From: Eukaryota sp. TZLM1-RC
Taxonomy: Eukaryota > Protista > Metamonada: BaSk clade
Length of the DNA stretch: 64,000 nucleotides
Direction of reading: 5' to 3'
Assembly (NCBI GenBank): GCA_040285825.1
Contig: JAUPSS010000006.1
Span: 682,001 to 746,000, forward strand
Positions 36,151 to 48,249 of this stretch are shown here, in pieces. Both the position numbers and the translations under genes were made by a program. The notes beneath the pieces are model-generated. The model saw only the letters and a list, made by a program, of their open reading frames with translations, was not told the DNA's origin and did not search any database. Position 1 is the first letter of the stretch. Each line of letters opens with the position of its first letter.

Positions 36151-39100
36151 GACTTCAAGTTTCGGTGTGCTTTTTGTGTTTATCGAAATAAGGTATCAAT
36201 TACCTTTTTCGACACTTTATTGAATTGTTGAACCTTAGTTGAGCTGGTGGCTCCAAAAAAAGTGTGTTTGGCATGTCAGTATGTCAAGCACAAAACACTA
36301 AACGAAAAGTATTGCATGAAAATCAGCCACATCCTTGAGCAGAATCGATTTAAGAAATAATTTTAGCAAAAAATCTTGATTTTCAGGATACTGTGAAATA
36401 TGACACTGAATGCAAAAGTTGACAAGAACAGTAACAGGGATTGAACGGTCTAAAGCCCAAATTTGCATGATCAAAGGCAAAAGAGTGTCAAATATCTGTG
36501 AAGAATAAACCTCTCGGCTGTCATCCTTCACTGTTCTAAAAAACATGCAATGAATGTTTCTGTAGTTTGAATAGAGGAAATATCCGGTGATTAATAAAGA
36601 TATCAACAAGCATAAACTGTTCTTCTGTTATTCCGGCTTACCAGGGCATTGTACTTAGAGAAGCTGGAAGAGCCATCCTATGGGACAGCAAAACAATTAT
36701 TGATGAGGACGTCCATTCTTTCATTAGTGAATTTCAGCTTATCAGGGGGCAAGTAGCGGAACTTCTTCGATACTACTTTTGTCTCATCATAAAAACAGAA
36801 TCTCATCGGAGGAAATTCAGTTCCTTTAGTGGCGGGAACTTTGAAAATACTTTGGGATTCTCAAACAGCAAATCTTTGAAGGTCACGTTTAGATTTCCAG
36901 AAGGTCACATTTAGTTTTGGCTGGCAATTGAGAACATTTCTGGACTGGTATTACGAATATAATTGTATTTCCTCCTTCTCATTGATATAGTGATAAGGGT
37001 TACAACTACCAATTATTTCGAATAAGTAGGTTAAGATAATGTTAATCAATTTTAGTTGAAATGGCATCTTATCAACTGTCAATGACGTCTACTACTTTAA
37101 TCAAATGCTGTTTGAATGGCTGTTAATCTCTCTACATCTTTACCCACTTCTGCTTTTCCCTCACTGTTTTTATTGCTTTACATGTTAAAGTAGTGTTGGC
37201 ACTATCATAGCCCAATTGTTTTCGTAAATTATCTATACAGTGACTTCTCTCACCATCAGTTCTTCTGAATGCACCATATTGATGTATAAAAGTTTTTCTC
37301 ATTGTATCTATGGCAATTTATTTGCTTATTTCGGAACTATCAAAACTTTTCAAACAAAGTTTCAGAAATCTAAAGCATTTATTTCAATAGTCTATTTCAT
37401 TGATTTGTTCTTTTATATTAGATGTGGAATTCGTCCATGTCGTTGAAAAATTGTCCCTTTAAAATTGAGTGAAATTTCTCATTTGTTAATAGCAAATCAT
37501 TGTGCTTTGGTCTTCGTGGCAAGAACAACAACAATAGCTTGGATCACGTCGAATAATATCAGACAACTCTTTTGGTTGCCAGTAATTGGGTAAATTGATA
37601 AACTCTGGTTTGATTGAGGGATTAACTTCGTCATCTGGATTGTCTATTAGCATCACGATGAGTTACTGAATGAGGATCAACAGAATATTGTTGGGCAATA
37701 TTTGTACAAATTTTTTAGCAATATTCAAATCTTCATGCTTTTGGATCTTTGTAGGTTTAATTCGTACATCAACTTTATTTTCGAATTAATCTGAAATTGT
37801 TTACCTCAACAGAAAATGTTAAATGTTCCACTTTTTCACAGTATACTGATGTGCTGTGATGCCTTATCCATATATGATAACGGTTTAAGAAAAGTATTGA
37901 GCTAAGTTTTCTAACATCTTTCTTTCCTGCAGGAAATTCGTCAATCCAGATTGCGTAGGTGTTGACTAGTTGATTGTTAGTTGTTTTGTTAATCTCCTGT
38001 AAAAATAATCTAAAAGGGTAAACAATTGAGGGCTGCCCATGGGTTCCCGGCATTGCGGTTGACTGTCTTTTAATAAATACAAATTGTTGGATGAATGTGT
38101 TACAATTACCTCTGTAGGTTTCCCATTAATTTCGGGTGGTGTTGTGGCTGATATGGCCACTGTTTGAACATTTGGCAGTCTGGGTTTGGTCATTCATTGA
38201 TGGAGTGGCCAGGATTACCACAGAATCTACAGAGACCAACCCTATTTCTTTCGTTTAAATAATTTTACGAAACCTAACCCACCGAAGTGGATCCAACATG
38301 TATTGATGATCTAGATGGGTTAGACATAAGTATACCTGAATGTAATGAGATTTATCATGAGGGAATGAGGATTTACCCCAATTTCAGAGCATGGGCGCAT
38401 TTGTACAATAATTTACAATTAAACTAGTAATGCAAATATTATCCAAGGCTAACACAGGGATGGATTCATCTTCTTGGATCTGGAGGTTTCTCTTAGATAT
38501 GTTATGAAGTACGTAGTCGTGGGTCACGTTTGATAGCCAGAAGCGGAAAAAGCGATTGGATGATTCGCAAAAGTTATGTAGATACACTATGTACCCTCCA
38601 ACATGCATGCTCCTGTGATATACTCTATTTTTGTTTTGCATCAAAGTAAATCAGACGATGAAGAACATACTTCATGGGTGGATCTGTTTATTTTCTAAGT
38701 ACTTTAATTACCCGGGGTTTAAGACATACAGGAAAAACCAAAAGTCAATGTCCTTGTTTGCATGGTCTAAATCGTCTACTAATTAGTTATGATTGATAAA
38801 ATACCTCAATTGTATTACTGGAAATATTCATACCAAGAGAACAATCACAAAATAGGCAAATCAAAACCAAACAACGAGAATGCTGAATGTTTAATCCTTT
38901 CACTGTTTAATGGAATCAAAGACTCCGTTTGTTACATCTGAAAAAATTAAAGTGAAAGCCTTCAATATGGCAAAATGATTTGCTTCGGCTTGAGTGCGAA
39001 TGCGCAAGTCCAATGTTATATTAACGACAACAAAACAAGAACATCAAAAATAGCTTAGATCACGTCGAATAATATCAAACAACTGTTTTGGTTCCCAGTA

Positions 39101-39351
39101 ATTGGGTAAATTGATGAAGCTTGGTTTGATTGAGGGATTAGTTTTGTCATATTTTCAATATATTACTTTTTTATAACACTCAGCTTCTACAGCTGTGCCG
39201 AGATTTCAACTGATTGGTCCATTTCTAACTGATGCAAGTTTATCATGCGTAAAATTTAATAGAGAAGTGACCCTGCATCAAGGGATGGAGCAAAAAGTGC
39301 ACATTATTGTAGCAGTGCTGATCCTTGCTGGTAAACAGCTAAACTACTGTG

Positions 39352-41480
39352 TTATTTTGCTTTGAGGTCGCCATTGGTATGGAAACCAAATTCGAAATCA
39401 ATGAGAGCAATTTGTGGAATTTGAGCACAATGGAGTGATCCTCTCCACAAGTTGCTTTGAGAATGAATATCGCTATTACAGATGGTTTGCTGATAAAGGA
39501 AAGCTATACATCGAAATAGAAGTGAAACAAAATGCCATTGGACGTAATTGGGAAATGTGAACAGAATATCAAAATTTTGAAAGAGAAGTCGGGTCTTACA
39601 CAACTTATGTTGATCTAGTGGATTTCGTGCACATGAATTTCGCATTAAAAACCGAAACAAGAAGTTCATCAATGTAACATGGAAAACTAATGACAAAGAA
39701 CAATAATCTAATTGAACCAATGACACGTCATCAACTCACTACTCAAAATGGTTATAGGTGTTGCGAAAACTGGAGGTTCTTGTTACGGAACAACGTCCAT
39801 TTACAAAACGACGACCAAATAATACTTTGAATATCATCAGTTGATTGCTTTTTCAATTCTGTTAGCATATTTTGAATTGGCCAATTTTCCCCCCACAAGA
39901 CTCAAAAAAAGCCAGAAATTCAAATAAACTGAATGCCGATACTTTTTACTCAACACAAAGTTATAGATCTTATCATAATCTTCAAGCTCGAGTGCCAACT
40001 TTATAGACATAGAATAAACCGAAAAATAAGCAGTAAGGTATGTTGGCCAGTCAACCAATTTTCATAAAAAATTTAGTTTATCAACTGTGGACTTGTTGGA
40101 TTCAGTGATGGGTATCTTTGGATCAAAATGTGTTCACTGGTTTCAAAAGATTTTTCAATTCAGGAACAAAATTATCAAGGAAAATTGTAATTTCCTCAAT
40201 GGTTACTCATCAGCGACATAATCACTATTGTTAAACGGCAACACCAAATATCACCCATCTCACTTGACAATGTTGGTCGTTCTTTGATTGAAATCGAATA
40301 TTGTTCTCGATTAAGACTGTCAGTTAAATAACGTGAAGCATTTTGGGAAACATAACGACAAAACTTTTAAGCAATTAGTACACATCGACAATGATGAAAA
40401 TCCAGTGACTCAAATTGCTTTTTCAGATTAACAAAATTTTCACCCAAAGCATTGATTTCAGCGGAAGCTTCAACATGAGGTCTTCTGTAGCGTCTTACCA
40501 AGAGATATAAACAATGTTGAAGTAATTGAAGGACAACTTTTTTATGACAAAATTCATCAACGACCTGTGGTAGAAAATACACAACAGGACAAATTGAGCG
40601 ATAATCGTTCACCTCTGCCTTGACAAATTTTTCCGCCACAGCGTGGATCATAAACCAAGAAGGTTTTCCCTCGTCAACATTGGATGAAACACTACTCACA
40701 GTGAGATTGGAGTGCTGTTGTGTACGGGATAAGCCTATCAGGGTCTCCAAAAACGAACGATGAAATTCATCAAATAGTTCATCTGCAATTTCCGAAGATC
40801 GATTACCTACAGCAATTGTCATAACAGCAATAAGTTTGAGAAACATTTTATCAATATTATAACGAGAAGAACCAAATTTTCGACTAATTTCTGATACTGC
40901 TTTGGATAACTTTAAAAAATTTCCAAGAAGATTTAATGTTCCCAGAGCCAAAAATGATGTCTGATAACAGTGTTGTTCAGGAACTTTTTTGATGCAGCTT
41001 TCAACAAAATTGTTGATGGATGCTACAAAATGTTTTCCGAGACGATTATGGTCAAAGGTGAATTTTTCTATGGAGAAAAAGTTTTACTTCAATATTGCAT
41101 TTCCTTGTTTACATTCATTGAAATTAGTATTAGGACAAAAACAAAATCTTCACAGCGACCTCGAATGCGTTCCGTGAATTTGGGCATATTGAAATTAACG
41201 TCGTCCAGAAAGAGAACAATCATCTTCTTTGCATTTTTTCCGATTTCAATAAGTGTTTCAGAAAAATCATCAAGTCTAGCGACATTCCCACATGTAAGAG
41301 CAGAATAACAAAGAAAATTAGGCCTGGTTGATAAGTCCCACAAAATATGCATCACTGCTGTAGAACTTCCTGTCGTGGGTGACATTGACAAGAATTTTCG
41401 TGCCCGCGGGTCGCGGCTGGATATTCAAATAATGATTTTCAAAATGAAAGAATTCATGAAGAACGACTTTACTTGTGAAA
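39352..41480 (-). pseudogene. SAMD9-like STAND NTPase - helical/TPR - OB-fold-like remnant (copy B)
   Basis: TKILVNVTH/(frameshift)TTGSSTAVMHILWDL (Walker A region), IVLFLDD (Walker B), VLILISM, QTSFLALGTLN, FLKLIAVM, MIHAVAE, LLVRRYR, YLNFW and IDFEFGFHTNG. Confidence 0.65.
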
Positions 41481-42129
41481 AATAAATGTTATAATTGTTT
41501 TACGTGTGACAAAATTCAAAATATAATTCAAAATTTAAAAAAGTGTGGCATAAATAATATTATTAAAAATTTCCATATACTAACCACAAACACTAGATAC
41601 ATAATGAAATAGGATTGATTATGAGCAACATATTTATAACCACCAGGAAAATCAGGGGTAAAACTTTTTATTAGCCTAGGTATGACGTACCGTACCACAT
41701 ATGCTACAAGTAAGAGTTCTTCTCTTTCTTGAAGAACAAGATAAAAAAGGCCTGGCAGCAAAAGGTACTTGGACAAGTGAGGAATGTGAACTTTGGGTTA
41801 GTCAAGTGGTGATATTTTTCAAACTACATGCTTCAGTAATGCCGTACAAGGCTACGTTTTCCAATCCTAAACGATTTGCTTTGTCATCATCAAATAAATT
41901 GAGTTAAGTTGATTTTAAATTAAATTTAATAATAAACGTGTCGTTGGTTTTTTGCCCCAAAAAACAAAAATGTAGCCAAAAAATTAGTATCGTTAATTTT
42001 TTTCATATCTTTTTGTTTATACTCACAAAAACAAACTACACGACCAGAATAACTTTCTATTTCTTCATAACCCAAATTAGCCAAGAAATATTGACTGCAA
42101 GTTTTTCTTTCATAAAAGCGTCCAAGAGA

Positions 42130-42460
42130 TAACAAAGCTGAAGATATTAAGGGAACAACCCATTTGAAAATTGAAAATACAATTCTGTTACCAAAAACTC
42201 TTTCAGTACGTTGTTCTACAATTTCAACAAAATTATCCAGAAAAGATAAAGCATGAGGTCCAAGCGTTCCATGAAGGGAAACTACAAATTGGTGATGACA
42301 AAATGAGTATGCGAACCTGCATTCAAGGATAACAATTTAACTGTATATTTGTCAATTTTGGCTTTTTCGGAAACAGTTAAGGGCTTCCTACATTTTGATT
42401 GAGCCATTGGAATAAAAGAATCATTACATACATTAGTAGCTCTCACATCTGGAATAATGG
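42130..42460 (-). mobile_element. RLE LINE family 2, truncated 3' fragment
   Basis: DVRATNVCN...EKAKIDKY...; matches 44920-45260. Confidence 0.75.
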
Positions 42461-43990
42461 CGTATACCAAAAACCTATACATGTTATATATAATAATAAA
42501 TATATGAATTATTATATTATAAAAATTATGTATATAACTGATCACCTTATAAAAATGTATCATCGAGCTGGCTTTACTAGAAGTCAGGACAATGACAAAT
42601 TATATGCCAAATAAATGTAAATATCTGGACTATAAAGCTCAAGTTCACCTCTGGCACACATTGTTTCGTATTTGGTGTTTTAAAATCCACCAAACAATAT
42701 CAGTTATTGATTGAATAAATAAGATTGATTATTTTTTTATGATCCAGTAACAGAAACTATAGGAATCATTACTAATTTTTCTCTGACATTTCTAATTAAC
42801 CAAGTGAATTCATCAGTCCTTTTTGTATGATAAGGACAAGGAAGTGAGTCTATATTTTCAAACTTAAAAAGTCATCGTACATGCTTATAAATGAAAAACA
42901 TTTTCTGTTGACTGACAGACACAAGGTTTTCTTTGCTATTTCTTTGCTATTTCATTCATACAACAATTAAACAATACGCTTAATTCAAACACAACAAAAT
43001 ACTGAACAAGTATTCAGACTAAACACATCACCATGGGAAAACAACATGGCCTACCGCCGTATTTTATAAAACAATGTAGAATATATCTAAAATTCTACAT
43101 TATTCTCATTGCTTCTACATTTAATTAAATATTTCACAATAACGACCGTTCTTGATGCTCACACAATAGGCGTGGTCTTTTGGTTTTTGTATTTCCCAAA
43201 CAACAGTTTAAACTATGTTGCTTTGGCAAAAATTCACTTGTGGGAAGCGCAGAAGTAGAGGAGAACCAAGTGGAAATAAGAAATGAGGATTACTATTAAA
43301 CCTTTAAGCATAATAACTTGGTATTATGCCAAACAAACGCTGCATGGCATATAAAGTTTGGATAAACATCGTGTTTAATAATCGTATGTGATTATGCGAT
43401 TTATTTGCCCTGCCTATCTGCTCTTTACAAATTCAGATTTGTTCTTCGGTAAAGTGCCATTAAACGTCATTGGGAAATGTGAGCAGAATATCGAAAATTG
43501 GAAAGAGAAGTCGGGTGTTACACAACTTATGTTGATCCGTTGGGTTTCATGCATATGAATTTCGCATTAAAAACCGAAACAAGCAGTTTATCAATGCAAC
43601 ATGGAAAACTAATGAGAAAGAGAACAAGAATCTAATTGAACCAATGACACTTCATCAACTCACTACTGAAAATGGTTATAGGTGTTGCGAAAACTGGAGG
43701 TTCTTGTTACGAAACAACGTCCATTTACAAAACGACGACCAACTCATACTTTGAATATCATCGGTTGATACCTATTTCAATTATTTTAGCATATTTTGAA
43801 TTGGCCCATCTGAACCCAATTTTTCCCCCACAAGACTAAGCAATTTCTTCTGGGGACAGCTATTGTGTGTTGTTTGCCTTCGTGGTTCAATTGTACAGCA
43901 CCATTTGAACAGTATAGTTACTTTATTTCGATTTATTAATCGATCAGCTTTCCTATTGTTTTCAGCAGCGTTACAGATTATTTTTCTCAA

Positions 43991-46900
43991 GTTTTATTCA
44001 TCACTTGAATTATTATCCATATAGTGAAATAAAATAGAATTTATAATTCATTATTTTTCTTAAACAATCACAATTGACAACAAAGTACATTTTACAACCA
44101 AAACAATATGCTTATGTATATTTAACAAATGTGAAGACGTCCATTTTTCTATTGATACAAATATATCTTTATATAAATAAAAATCGGTGACTATAGGAAA
44201 TTTATTTCTTCAACAAAGCATGTTGTCAATTGACAATGAGTCCATTTCCTCTTACATAGCAAAATTTAGAGCATATCATTCAGAGTGGGCAGTGTTTTAA
44301 ATTGACAACAAACCTGCTATTTTATCTAGTTCCTATTCTTATTTTAAACATCATAACATTGTCATTCTTTTAAACCAAACAGTATCATTCATTTCTCCTA
44401 TATCCTTATTACAACCTAATGCAATATATTTGTAGCTTTAAGCGTTGATATGGTATCAATAAATTAATGTTCATTTGTATTTGCTTTTACTATCTTTCAA
44501 GCAGTTATAACTGAATTGATTTCAAAGCCTGAATAGTTCCAGAAATTTCGGCCACATTTAAATGCATGATATAGTTGTTTCAACAATAGTAAAGGAAAGA
44601 CGGAAAATTTGAATGTAATTTTGAAATTTGAGATTAAAGTTGAAAGCACTGTCGAGACATAATTAATTCAAGTGATTTACTCATTTCAAATAAATTGAGT
44701 CAAGTCAATCTATATTCGAACTTATTAATAAACGTTTCGTTGGTTTTTTGCTCCAAAAAAACAAAAATGTAGTCAAAAAATTAGTATCGTTAATTTTTTT
44801 TCATATTATTTTATTTATCCCACCAAAAACAAACTACACGACAAGGTTAAAATTTTATGTCTTCATAATCTAAATTAGCCACGAAGAATTGACTGCAAGT
44901 TTTTCTTTCATAAAAGCGTCCAAGAGATAACAAATCTGAAGATATTAAGGGAACAACCCATTTGAAAAATGAAAAACCATTCTGTTTTACCAAAAACTCC
45001 TCCAGTACGTTGTTTCACAGTGTCAACAAAATCATCCAGAAAAGATAAAGCATGAGGTCCAAGCGTTCCAGGAAGGGAAACTACAAATGGACAGATGACA
45101 TAACGAGTATGCGATACTGCATTCAAGGATAACAATTTAACTGTATATTTGTCAATTTTGGCTTTTTCGGAAACAGTTAAGTGCTTCCTACAATTTGATT
45201 GAGCCATTGATAGAAGAACCATTACATACCTCAGTAGATCTCACATCTGTAATAATGGTAGTGCCGTCAAGACCATAAAGCATTAAATCACCTCTATTTC
45301 GACCAAACGAATTCAAAGTATCTTCATCAATCAAACGGGAAAGTAATGGTTCTAAATAGGACACACTTCTATGTGATATTGACAAACAATTGAGTTGATC
45401 TTTTACCACATCATGAACTTTTGAACGGAAAGTAGTGAAATGTTCACAATTGAATAAATGATTTGGAGAAAATTTTGATTATTAAATTTTCAAATTATGA
45501 AGCATGTTATCAGGCCAACTCAAACAATAAAGGCGCATTGTACAAGAAAATTTTTATAAAGTTTTATTCATCACTTGAATTATTATCCATAGTGAAATAA
45601 AATAGAATTTATAATTCATTATTTTTCTTAAACAATCACAATTGACAACAAAGTACATTTTAAAACCAACACAATATGCTTATGTATATATAAACAAATG
45701 TGAAAACGTCCATTTTTCTATTAATACAAATAAATCTTTATATAAATAAAAATCGGTGACTATAGGAAATTTATTTCTTCAACAAAGCATGTTGTCAATC
45801 GACAATAAGTCCATTTCCTCTTACATAGCAAAATGTAGAGCATATCATTCAGAGTGGGCAGTGTTTTAAATTGACAACAAACTTGATGTTTAATTTTATT
45901 TAGTTCCTATTCTTATTTTAAAACATCATAACATTGTAATTCTTTTAAACCAAACAATATCATTTATTTCTTCTATATCATTATTACAACCTAATGCATC
46001 ATATTTGTAGCTTTAAGCGTTGATATCATATCAATAAATTAATGTTAATTTGTATTTGTTTTTACTATCTTTCAACCAGTTATTCATGAATTGATTTCAA
46101 AGCCTGAATAGTTCCAGCAATTTCGGTCACATTTTAATGCTTAATATATTTGTTTCAACAATAGAAATGGAAAGACGGAAAATTTGAAAGTAAATTTGAA
46201 ATTTTGAGATTAAAGTTGAAAGCACTGTCGAGACATAATTGATTCAAGTGATTTACTCATTTCAAATAAATTGAGTCAAGTCAATCTTAAATCGAATTCA
46301 ATAATAAATGTGTCGTTGGTTATTTGCTCCAAAAAAAACTAAAATGTAGTCAAAAAATTAGTATTGTTAATTTTTTTCATATTTTTTAATTTATCCCACC
46401 AAAAACAAACTACACGACAAGGTTAAAATTTTATGTCTTCATAACCCAAATTAGCCAAGAAGAATTGACTGCAAGTTTTTCTTTCATAAAAGCGTCCAAG
46501 AGATAGCAAAGCTGAAGATATTAAGGGAACAACCCATTTGAAAAATGAAAATACCATTCTGTTTTACCAAAAACTCCTCCAGTACGTTGTTTCACAATGT
46601 CAACAAAATCATCCAGAAAAGATAAAGCATGAGGTCCAAGCGTTCCATGAAGGGAAATTGCAAAAGGGCAGATGACATAATGAGTATACGATCCTGCATT
46701 CAAGGATAACAATTTAACTGTACATTTGTCAATTTTGGCTTTTTCGGAAACAGTAAAGGACTTCCTACATTTTGATTAAGCCATTGATAGAAGAACCATT
46801 ACATACCTCAGTAGATCTCACATCTGTAATAATGGTAGTGCCGTCAAGACCTTAAAGCATTAAATCACCTCTATTTCGACCAAACGAATTCAAAGTATCT

Positions 46901-47415
46901 TCATCAATCAAACGGGAAAGTAATGGTTCTAAATAGGACACACTTCTATGTGATATTGACAAACAATAGAGTTGATCTCTTACCGCATCATGAACTTTTG
47001 AACGGAAAGTAGTGAAATGTTCACAATTGAATAAATGATTTGGAGAAAATTTTGATTATTAAATTTTCAAATTATGAAGCATGTTATCAGGCCAACTCAA
47101 ACAATAAAGGCGCATTGTACAAGAAAATTTTTATAAAGTTTTATTCATCACTTGAATTATTATCCATAGTGAAATAAAATAGAATTTATAATTCATTATT
47201 TTTCTTAAACAATCATAATTGACAACAAAGTACATTTTACAACCAACACAATATGCTTATGTATATATAAACAAATGTGAAAACGTCCATTTTTCTATTA
47301 ATACAAATAAATCTTTATATAAATAAAAATCGGTGACTATAGGAAATTTATTTCTTCAACAAAGCATGTTGTCAATCGACAATAAGTCCATTTCCTCTTA
47401 CATAGCAAAATGTAA
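43991..47415 (-). repeat. Tandem array (~1570-1577 bp unit, ~2.2 copies), each full unit holding a 5'-truncated RLE LINE family 2 end (44908-45545, 46485-47120)
   Basis: Unit marker GTTTTATTCATCA at 43991, 45561 and 47138. Translation HLFNC...RSKVHD, LEP, RGDL, ITDV, KIDKY, PFVVSLPGTLG. Confidence 0.9.
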
Positions 47416-47419
47416 AAGG

Positions 47420-47940
47420 GAATATCAGGCTAGGTATCGTTGAAGTAGAAAAAACAGTAGTCGTAAAGGATAAGTTTTCACTGAATGATAGACTATAACA
47501 ACTAATGGATCATAACACATTCCCATAGAGTTCTATCAAAAATTATGTTCTTTGCCTGTTAGCAGATTGGTCAAGCACATAGCACCATACGAGAAGAACT
47601 GAAACTCACATGAAAATCAGCCACATTCGAGCAGAACCAGATTGGAAAAAGATTTCTGCAAAAACACTCAATTATTTGGGTTCTTGGAAATATGACATTA
47701 CATGCAAAAATTGAAAAGAATAATAACAGGTATTGAACGGAATCACCATTTGAATAAATGGTGTAGTTCATATATTTGGATTTATTAAAAAAGCTGATAA
47801 TGGTTTATCAGAAGCTCTTTGTTTTCATTTAGTTTTGGCAAATATGCTTTTGCTTCTTCAGTCAAGCTGCAGAAGTATGAAGACCAACTGGACAATGGAG
47901 AGAGAGTGCCTTTTAATCGCACCACGGCAGTGATCTTCCA
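47420..47940. repeat. Direct copy of 35270-35790 at the junction with inverted unit C
   Basis: CAGTAGTCGTAAAGGATAAGTTTTCACTGA...GACCAACTGGAC is shared. Confidence 0.8.
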
Positions 47941-48249
47941 AAATAGGTGATCTCCAGGTACCTTTTGCTGCCAGGCCTTTTTTATCTTGTTCTTCAAGAA
48001 AGAGAAGAACTTTTACTTGTAGCATATGTGGTACAGTAGGTCATACCTAGGCTAATAAAAAGTTTTACCCCTGATTTCCCTGGTGGTTATAAATATTATA
48101 TTCATAATTAATCTTATTTCATTATGTATCTAGTGTTTGTGGTTCGTATATGAAAATTTTTGAAAATATAATTTATGCCACACTTTTTTAAATTTTGAAT
48201 TATATTTTGAATTTTGTCACACGTAAAAAAATCATAACATGTATTTTTC

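Larger units (their letters stand above)
33310..43990. repeat. Segmental unit, copy B (most complete)
   Basis: Direct match to A, inverted match to C; 43455-43990 also matches ~60170-60710. Confidence 0.9.

Noticed and set aside
37900-37960. DVRKL match to the SAMD9 SIR2-like region
   Set aside because: It is only five residues and is out of order relative to the other putative motifs, so it was not used as evidence.
41060-41115. A short GT-AG intron repairing the SAMD9-like frameshift
   Set aside because: The candidate 20-, 26- and 45-nt GT...AG intervals I tried leave a stop or the wrong phase.
33310-43990. Segmental unit as a giant DNA transposon (Polinton/Helitron) or endogenous virus
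   Set aside because: I recognised no pPolB, capsid, Rep/helicase or transposase motifs, and the copies have no fixed termini or TSDs.
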